From Deltaproteobacteria bacterium (GTDB taxonomy: Bacteria; Bdellovibrionota; Bdellovibrionia; Bdellovibrionales; Bdellovibrionaceae): a DNA stretch of 64,000 bases. The translations under genes were made by a program, and so were the position numbers. Under the pieces are notes generated by a model that was given only the letters and a program-made list of their open reading frames with translations, did not search any database and had not been told where the DNA came from. The stretch's first letter is position 1; each line of letters opens with the position of its first letter. The DNA lies in contig JAFLCC010000007.1 of NCBI GenBank assembly GCA_017302835.1, forward strand, positions 79,870 through 143,869, read 5' to 3'. This document shows, in pieces, positions 19,719 to 26,646 of the stretch.

Positions 19719-20402
19719 CTATTTTTTTAAACATAAACACAAGACCCCTCTATTTTTTCTAAAATCACACTTTAATTTTTTTCGTTTGTTCAAAGAGTAG
19801 AAGTCCAATTCAACGAGCTTTTCATTGATTATTTTATAAGACATTTCCATTTTATTTGGCTTTGTGTCAAACCAAAGGGTCTCATCTTCTTCAATTTTTG
19901 CATTGATTAAGTATGATTTTATCACGTCCTTAGACGGATTTACTTCATGGACCTTTGGCAAGTTGATATTCTCGGCGACAAGGTCCCCACCTAGAACCTC
20001 AAGGGTCATTTTATAAATGGGAGGGTCTTTTTTTAAATCTGATAACCTGATAGTTAATCTTTTTTTAGAATCACCTGCTTCTCCAGCAGATTTTAAATCT
20101 TCAAAGATCACTTTTCTAGAGCCCAGGGTGGACTTCATTGTGCTATATTTATAATCAATCGTTTTTTTTAGATCCTCTAAATTGACATCCACCTCTAAAT
20201 TTGGATTTTTAAATTCGGAAAAACAACCTATAAGATTCTCATAGGAAACGGAAGGGAGCTTTTTTTTTCTTTCCCTTTGAGGCGTCGATGGATCTGCCAG
20301 ACTGCTCGCACTGATCATGCCATAAATGAGAAGAAAACTAAAAAAACCCGGAGCCCTTAACCTATGACTAAAGAAGCTGCTAATAAATGACATGCAAAAC
20401 AA
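19719..20402 (-). CDS. Hypothetical secreted protein
   Basis: Has a signal-like N-terminus. The ORF track uses a TTG start; an ATG lies 3 codons downstream. Confidence 0.5.
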   Translation of the reverse strand: MFCMSFISSFFSHRLRAPGFFSFLLIYGMISASSLADPSTPQRERKKKLPSVSYENLIGCFSEFKNPNLEVDVNLEDLKKTIDYKYSTMKSTLGSRKVIFEDLKSAGEAGDSKKRLTIRLSDLKKDPPIYKMTLEVLGGDLVAENINLPKVHEVNPSKDVIKSYLINAKIEEDETLWFDTKPNKMEMSYKIINEKLVELDFYSLNKRKKLKCDFRKNRGVLCLCLKK

Positions 20403-20508
20403 TCATGAAGTTTAGCATTTGAAATGTCCACTTAAATTATTTCCAACCAGATTTTAGCAAGAGAGATTTTTGCAAGAGCCTTAAGACATTTTAAACTTTT
20501 GCTACGAG

Positions 20509-20623
20509 TGTATTTAAAAAGTCTTAAATCGAGGCCGCAGAAGGGAGGCGACTGAGGCTTGGCCCAGCCAAGTCGCAGGGAGCCCGACCGACGAGAACGA
20601 AGATTTAAGACTTTTTAAACACA
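20509..20623 (-). ncRNA. Candidate structured RNA: a 22-bp closing helix, a large internal bubble and a GC-rich apical hairpin
   Basis: The arms are 20509-20530 and 20602-20623. They are fully paired on the minus strand (one G-U) but carry an A-C mismatch on the plus strand. The 71-nt core is about two-thirds G+C by hand count, in an AT-rich spacer. Confidence 0.3.
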
Positions 20624-20625
20624 CT

Positions 20626-21717
20626 CTAATTAAAAATAGAATCAATATATTCTTTTGTCGAGAAGGGTCTTAAATCTGAAATTTTTTCGCCAATTCCAAT
20701 TAGTTTTATCGGCACCTTTAACTCATTGGTAATGCCAATAGCGACTCCCCCTTTTGCGGTGCCATCCATTTTAGTTAAAATAACTCCTGTCAAGCCCAAG
20801 ACATTGTTAAATTCTTTAGCCTGAAGCAAAGCATTTTGCCCTGAGTTGGCATCTAATACGATAATCACTTCATGAGGAGCTTCCGGAATATTTTTTTGGA
20901 TGACTCTCTTCACCTTTTTAAGCTCTTCCATTAAGTTTGTTTGAGTGTGTAATCTTCCTGCCGTATCAATGATCACTAAATCATAATTTTGTGCTTTAGC
21001 CTTTGCTACGGCATCAAAAGCCACAGCGCTTGGATCGGAAATCCCCTCGGGAGAAAAAATCTCGACCTGGGCTCTTTCTGTCCAAACTTTTAATTGATTT
21101 TGAGCCGCGGCCCTAAAAGTATCACCGGCGGCTACCAAAATCTTTTTATTTTGTGATGCAAAATAAGCAGACAATTTGCCTATGGTTGTTGTTTTTCCAG
21201 CCCCGTTGACCCCAACAATCATCACGACCGTAGGACCTTGCTGACTCCATTTAATTCGAGAAATCAAATCTAACTGAGCGGCTCCATCAAGGGTTTCCAG
21301 ATTTTCAGGAACCTGATTAAAAATCCTTAAAATCTCTTTTCGTAAAGAGTCTTTAATTGCTGACAATTCTCTTTTTTGATTTTTCGATAGGTCTTCATCA
21401 AGCTTAGCCATCAGAGTCGAAACCGTTTGCGTTCCCATATCAGAGGTATATAAAATTTCTTCAATCTCTTCTAATGCCGGCGATTCAGAAAGACGAAATA
21501 AATTTTTGATTCTACCAAAAATATGATCTTTGGTTTTTACAAGAGCCGAACCTACATTCTCATTCTCAATAGGTTTGATTTCCGAATCAGCACTAGCCTC
21601 AATCCCTTTTTTTGGCTTTTTTAAAGCTTTGAACACAAAAGGAAGAAAGACAAGTAGGGCCATCAGGCAGATGAAAACAACAAGCCAAATTATCGCATTT
21701 TGTTGAAGCTCTCCCAT
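20626..21717 (-). CDS. ftsY: Signal recognition particle receptor FtsY
   Basis: Has GVNGAGKTTTIGKL, DTAGRL and TKMDG SRP-GTPase motifs. Confidence 0.95.
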   Translation of the reverse strand: MGELQQNAIIWLVVFICLMALLVFLPFVFKALKKPKKGIEASADSEIKPIENENVGSALVKTKDHIFGRIKNLFRLSESPALEEIEEILYTSDMGTQTVSTLMAKLDEDLSKNQKRELSAIKDSLRKEILRIFNQVPENLETLDGAAQLDLISRIKWSQQGPTVVMIVGVNGAGKTTTIGKLSAYFASQNKKILVAAGDTFRAAAQNQLKVWTERAQVEIFSPEGISDPSAVAFDAVAKAKAQNYDLVIIDTAGRLHTQTNLMEELKKVKRVIQKNIPEAPHEVIIVLDANSGQNALLQAKEFNNVLGLTGVILTKMDGTAKGGVAIGITNELKVPIKLIGIGEKISDLRPFSTKEYIDSIFN

Positions 21718-21718
21718 A

Positions 21719-24700
21719 TTATTTAATATCCTGAAGGCTCACAGAAACCATTGTGGAAACGCCTCTTTCTTGCATCGTAACTCCATAAAGCTTTTTAGCC
21801 ACTTCCATCGTATGCTTGTTATGAGTCACCACGATAATTTGTGATCTTTTTGCCATTTCCCTAACAAGATCATTAAACCGAAAAACGTTGGCATCATCTA
21901 AAGGAGCATCCACCTCATCAAGTAAGCAATAGGGTGATGGTTTTACAAGAAAAATTGAGAAGACTAAAGCTACAGCCGTAAGGGCTTTTTCTCCACCTGA
22001 CATCAAGGTGACGTTTTGCATTTTCTTTCCCGGAGGTTTAGCAATGATCTCGATCCCCATCTCGCCCTTTTCAGGATCTTCATGAAGTTCTAACTTCGCC
22101 TCTCCCCCCCCAAAAAGAACAGGAAACACACGGGTAAATCGATCGTTTACTAAATCAAATGTTTCTTTGAATCGTTTCGAACAGATACGATTAATTCTAT
22201 CAATCACACGTCTTAATTGTTCTTTAGCTTCAACTAAATCGTCATGTTGTTTTGTTAAAAACTCGTAACGTTTTGAAGTCTCTTCATACTCTTCGATGGC
22301 CGAAAGATTGACTTCACCTATCTTGCCTATTTTTTCTTTTAACTCTTTTAATTCAACTTCAGCAAGGTAAGCGTCTCCTCCTCTTTCGACGTACTTCTCG
22401 ACAATCTCAGGAAGAACCAATAGGTATTTCTCACGAACCTGATCGACAAGATACTGTTCTTTCATTCGAGCCTGATCCCATTTTAATTGGGCTTCATTCA
22501 TTTGTGACATTCGCTCATTTTTCGCCCTCTGAGTCGATGCTAATTCATCAGCTAGCTCATTTAGCCCCAGGGACATTTCTTCAAAGGAATTCTTTTCCAT
22601 TGAAAGTTTTGATTTTAGTTCTTCTAACTGGTTTAACCACTTTTCAAATTCAAGTTTTCGGTCTTCCAAGAGCAATTGATTCTCGGTCATTTGCTCCGAG
22701 TACATTTCCGTCTCTTCCGTCATTCTAGACAATTGCAAGCTGAGGTCTGTCGATGACTTAGTGACCATTTCGTATTGTTTGGTGATCCCCACATACTGTT
22801 GATTTTTCGAAGCAAGCTCCACTTGCAATTCCGTAACTTCCTTTTGCAACTCGGGGAATCCTTTATTGGTCTGATCAAATTCTAAATCAAGTTGATGAGT
22901 TAACTCTTCTAATTCTTGTTTTTTATTTTTGACATCGCTTAAGGACCCTTGTATCTGAGCTAATTTATCTGCCAAAGACACCGCTTGTTCTTGAGTTTTC
23001 TTGACCTCTCTAGCTTGTCGATCGACGGCATACTCAGCATTAGATAGCTCTTGCTCTGCGCGTTCTAAATCTTTTTGCAACTCCCGGACTTTCAGATCTT
23101 GATCTACTTTTCTTTTTTGCGCCCCCTCGAAAGCGACCATGATTTCTTGCAGTTTCTCTTCCATTTTTTTCATGGAAGCCTGAGCTAAAGTCAATTTCCC
23201 AGCCCATTCATTTTTCTGAAAGGAAAGCTCCTTAATTTGGTTCTTTCGATGTAAAATTCCCGAATCTGCGCCGTCTAAAGAACCTCCTGAAATAACTCCA
23301 TCTTCGGTCAGAGTATCTCCATCAAGAGTGACAAAACTCCATCCCGGATAACGAGGTCGTAGGGCTAAAGCTGTCCGAAGGGAATCCACAACAGCGATCC
23401 CATCGACAAAATATCCTATGGTGGCTTGATAGGGATCTTTAGTTTTAACCACATCCCTTAACAAAGCTTGTACCCCTTTTTCTGCTGAGGGGGTTTCCTC
23501 TTTAAAATTCTCAGTAATCCCATCAGCTGCTAAAAAACTAGATCTACCGGATCTTGAATCCTTCAAATAATTAACAGCTTCTAAGGGTTTGTCTGACTGT
23601 TCTGAAAGCAGCATTTGCAACCGGTTCCCCAGGGCCGCCTCCATGGCTACCTCATAGATGGAATCTACTTCCACCACGTCAGAAACAGGTTGAAAACTTA
23701 CAGATCCGTCAACGTGGACTTCTTTGGATTTCTGCCAAAGCATCACTGATTTAACACCAGACTCATAACCTTCAAAACTGGATTGCAAATTTTCTAATCC
23801 ATACAATTTGGAGGTTACCTGCCCAAGACGATCTTTAAATTCTTCGACTTCTTCTTTCTTCTGAGCATATTGATCTTGTATGTTTTTTTTATTTTCGTGG
23901 AAAGACTCCACGTCTCTAATTAAATTAGCAGCTAACTCTTTATTTTTTTCGAGATCAGAAAAAATCCGACTTTTTCGAGAGTCAAATTCAATTTTTTTCT
24001 CACGTAGCTCATCAACAACCATCTGTTCATTGATTTCTTTTTCCTGAGCGTCCTGAATCTGAGCTTCAATTCCATTTGCCTTAACTTCCAAAGAGTTCAC
24101 TGATTGTCCCACAGCAAACAACTCTCGCCTTTTTTCTGTTAAGAGGTCATCCACTTCTTGAATCCGTTTTTGATCTCGAAGAAAATTTAAATTTTTCTCT
24201 GAAAATTTTTGTTGCAAATCTTCAAGGAAAAGTTTCATTTCCTCTTCCTGCGCTTGTAACTGTTCTTGATCTCTTTTTAAGAGAGCCCATCGAGCCTGCT
24301 GTTCTTGAACTAAATTACCTGTCATTTGTTCATTTCGACGGGCTTGTTCTATCTCAAATTTAAGTTCTTGAATTTCCATTTCTTTTTTAGATACCAAAGC
24401 CTGACTTTCGAAATAGGTGTTCTGAAGGGTATCAACGGTTTTTTCTTTTTCTAATGCTTGCAATTTAAGAGTTTCAAAATCTACTTGCAATTGGGCTAAT
24501 TTGGATTCCCCAGCCACTTCTAAATCCTGAGTTTCCTTAAAAATTTTCTCTGCCTCATCCGCTACCGATTTAAAATCAAGGTATTGTCTCGATGACAACC
24601 ACAAGTCTAAATCCTCAATTTGGTTTTTTAAGTTTCGATACCTTTCAGCTCTTTGAGCCTGACGTTGTAGACTATCTATTTGTCGTTTGAGTTCGCCAAC

Positions 24701-25291
24701 GATATCTTGCAAGCGAATGAGATTCTGATCTGTCTGTTGCAATTTTCTTTGCGATTCTTTTTTACGAGCCTTGAATTTGGTGATTCCAGCGGCTTCTTCG
24801 ATTAAATGACGACGATCTTCAGGTTTTGCTGTGATGATTTTTCCAATCATTCCTTGTTGGATAATGGAAAAACCTTTAGAACCGGCTCCGGTATCCATAA
24901 AAATTTCTTGCACATCTTTCAATCGAGCTGGCTCTTTATTTACAAAGTACTCACCTTCGCCATTTCGATGAAGTCTTCGAGTCACCATGATCTCACTGTG
25001 TTTTAAATATTTTGCAGGGAAAGGACCTCCATCATTTTCCAAAGTGAGGGACACTTCACACATACCCAGCGGAGCAAAGCCCTCCGCCCCAGCAAAAATC
25101 ACATCTGTCATCGTCGATCCACGTAAATCTTTTGCGGACATTTCACCCATGACCCAAACCAAAGCATCTACAATGTTTGATTTTCCGCAACCATTTGGCC
25201 CTACAATACCTGTAATTCCAGAATCAAATTGAATAACTGTTTTATCCTTAAATGATTTAAAGCCAACAAGCTCGAGTTTTTTAATTCTCAA
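21719..25291 (-). CDS. smc: Chromosome partition protein Smc
   Basis: 1190 aa with Walker A GPNGCGKSN, long coiled-coils, a hinge, an LSGGEK signature motif and Walker B LLDEVDA. The smc-ftsY synteny is the conserved one. Confidence 0.95.
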   Translation of the reverse strand: MRIKKLELVGFKSFKDKTVIQFDSGITGIVGPNGCGKSNIVDALVWVMGEMSAKDLRGSTMTDVIFAGAEGFAPLGMCEVSLTLENDGGPFPAKYLKHSEIMVTRRLHRNGEGEYFVNKEPARLKDVQEIFMDTGAGSKGFSIIQQGMIGKIITAKPEDRRHLIEEAAGITKFKARKKESQRKLQQTDQNLIRLQDIVGELKRQIDSLQRQAQRAERYRNLKNQIEDLDLWLSSRQYLDFKSVADEAEKIFKETQDLEVAGESKLAQLQVDFETLKLQALEKEKTVDTLQNTYFESQALVSKKEMEIQELKFEIEQARRNEQMTGNLVQEQQARWALLKRDQEQLQAQEEEMKLFLEDLQQKFSEKNLNFLRDQKRIQEVDDLLTEKRRELFAVGQSVNSLEVKANGIEAQIQDAQEKEINEQMVVDELREKKIEFDSRKSRIFSDLEKNKELAANLIRDVESFHENKKNIQDQYAQKKEEVEEFKDRLGQVTSKLYGLENLQSSFEGYESGVKSVMLWQKSKEVHVDGSVSFQPVSDVVEVDSIYEVAMEAALGNRLQMLLSEQSDKPLEAVNYLKDSRSGRSSFLAADGITENFKEETPSAEKGVQALLRDVVKTKDPYQATIGYFVDGIAVVDSLRTALALRPRYPGWSFVTLDGDTLTEDGVISGGSLDGADSGILHRKNQIKELSFQKNEWAGKLTLAQASMKKMEEKLQEIMVAFEGAQKRKVDQDLKVRELQKDLERAEQELSNAEYAVDRQAREVKKTQEQAVSLADKLAQIQGSLSDVKNKKQELEELTHQLDLEFDQTNKGFPELQKEVTELQVELASKNQQYVGITKQYEMVTKSSTDLSLQLSRMTEETEMYSEQMTENQLLLEDRKLEFEKWLNQLEELKSKLSMEKNSFEEMSLGLNELADELASTQRAKNERMSQMNEAQLKWDQARMKEQYLVDQVREKYLLVLPEIVEKYVERGGDAYLAEVELKELKEKIGKIGEVNLSAIEEYEETSKRYEFLTKQHDDLVEAKEQLRRVIDRINRICSKRFKETFDLVNDRFTRVFPVLFGGGEAKLELHEDPEKGEMGIEIIAKPPGKKMQNVTLMSGGEKALTAVALVFSIFLVKPSPYCLLDEVDAPLDDANVFRFNDLVREMAKRSQIIVVTHNKHTMEVAKKLYGVTMQERGVSTMVSVSLQDIK

Positions 25292-25320
25292 TTTATCTTC
25301 CTTTTTTAAAGTGAGCCCTA

Positions 25321-25358
25321 CTCAAAACAGGGGCTACGCCCATTTCTCAAAACAGGGG
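25321..25358. repeat. Two 13-bp direct repeats (CTCAAAACAGGGG) with a 25-bp period, upstream of smc
   Basis: Exact copies at 25321-25333 and 25346-25358. Confidence 0.8.
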
Positions 25359-25462
25359 TCTTTCAATAAACTTCTATCTCGCCACTAATTTTTATAGAGC
25401 TTTTCTTATGTTTCAACTTTATACTTTGGAAACGCGGCTTGTCGGAATCACATTTTTACAGT

Positions 25463-25484
25463 AAGGAATCATCAAGGAATCATC
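25463..25484. repeat. Tandem 11-mer (AAGGAATCATC) x2
   Basis: Exact tandem duplication. A third GGAATCA lies about 20 nt upstream. Confidence 0.8.
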
Positions 25485-25519
25485 AAAAAATAAGTGATCG
25501 AACTTTTTGGGTTACAGAC

Positions 25520-26065
25520 CTACTTTGAATTTAACTTTTGAACCAATTGAGTTTTCTGCTCAGGAAAAGCATTCAACAAATGAATCTGAATTCTTTTAAG
25601 CCCTTCTTCATTTCCCCCACTTTGGGACCTTAAACCAAGAGCCGCAAACTGATATTGTTTCATGGCTATATTGACATCTCTTTGCACTTTAAAATAAGTA
25701 AAAAAAAGCTTCTCTAAATAGCTTAAAGAATCATCACTTAGTTTCTGATAATCAAATGTGGCGATTTCTGATTCTATATATTCCTTAGTTTTTACTTTTG
25801 ACTCAGATTGATTTAATAAAAAATCGATATGTTGTTTTTTCATTAAAAACATTGACTTGGTAAGTTCAACGGCTTCACCTTTAGATTTTGATGTTACTTT
25901 TTCTAAGGATTGAATCAATTCAGAATCTTCCTTTCCTGCAAAGGTGGCTTGAAGTTTTTGAATACCTATGGGCGTCCTACCCGTTCTTTGAAAAACCAGG
26001 TAATTAATTCCTAGAATGAAAATAACAATTCCCAAAAAAAACAGAATAAAGTCATTTTTTGTCAT
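25520..26065 (-). CDS. Hypothetical membrane-anchored protein
   Basis: Has a single N-terminal TM segment. It overlaps the upstream gene by 14 nt. Confidence 0.5.
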   Translation of the reverse strand: MTKNDFILFFLGIVIFILGINYLVFQRTGRTPIGIQKLQATFAGKEDSELIQSLEKVTSKSKGEAVELTKSMFLMKKQHIDFLLNQSESKVKTKEYIESEIATFDYQKLSDDSLSYLEKLFFTYFKVQRDVNIAMKQYQFAALGLRSQSGGNEEGLKRIQIHLLNAFPEQKTQLVQKLNSK

Positions 26066-26525
26066 TGGCGTCTTGCTTTGATATCTTAAAATAGTTGATA
26101 AAAGAATTTATACTTTCAGGCAGCTCAGAAAAAAAATCATCTGCTCGAAAAAAAAGCGGCCCTACCCAGCCCTTTGTCTGTATCTCGTTGAGGTACTTTA
26201 TTAAATTGAAAATGGGACCGGCTATCCTGTGGGACATATAAAGACCCAAGGTCAAAATAATAGCCACTGTGAGGATTAATGTCACACTCAGAATATAGCC
26301 TAAGCTTAATTTCATTTGTGCTAAAAAATCAAAAAAAACACTCGTCTCTGGAAGGCCAGAAGAAACTCCTATATGTTTCCAATACTCAATAAATGCAAAT
26401 ATAGCGGCATAAAAAACCAGACAAACAATCGTCGCCACAACAGCTAAAAACCTTAAAAATTTTAATTGAAACTGTGGAAGAATTAAAAGTATCTTCCGAT
26501 TTCCCGTACTAAATTTATCTTCCAT
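26052..26525 (-). CDS. Small two-TM protein with a HAMP-like segment (SHRIAGP motif) and no output domain
   Basis: Has two hydrophobic segments, then SHRIAGPIFNLIKYL...FRADDFFSEL. It is a paralog of 52397..52873. Confidence 0.55.
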   Translation of the reverse strand: MEDKFSTGNRKILLILPQFQLKFLRFLAVVATIVCLVFYAAIFAFIEYWKHIGVSSGLPETSVFFDFLAQMKLSLGYILSVTLILTVAIILTLGLYMSHRIAGPIFNLIKYLNEIQTKGWVGPLFFRADDFFSELPESINSFINYFKISKQDANDKK

Positions 26526-26576
26526 ACACTTCCAATTCTTATGTTATGTTAATTTATGCCTTTTTTATTTCTTGAT

Positions 26577-26600
26577 ATTGTTATTGTTATTGTTATTGTT
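26577..26600. repeat. Hexanucleotide microsatellite (ATTGTT) x4
   Basis: Four perfect tandem units, 52-75 nt upstream of the start codon at 26525. Confidence 0.9.
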
Positions 26601-26646
26601 CACAAAAATAAAAATTCAATCAAGTTAAATTTAACCCCACCCCAAT

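Noticed and set aside
20509-20623. The structured element next to ftsY as SRP (4.5S) RNA, an integron attC site or a plain terminator
   Set aside because: It has no GGAA/GNRA tetraloop and no conserved SRP domain IV motifs. It has no RYYYAAC/GTTRRRY cores and no integrase. No U-tract follows the helix on either strand. It is kept only as an unassigned candidate ncRNA.
21719-25291. The SMC-family ATPase as a possible Lamassu/Wadjet-type defence component
   Set aside because: It has the full-length canonical Smc layout (about 1,190 aa, hinge, signature motif). It sits in the conserved smc-ftsY arrangement with no associated nuclease or kleisin-like accessory genes. It is the housekeeping condensin.
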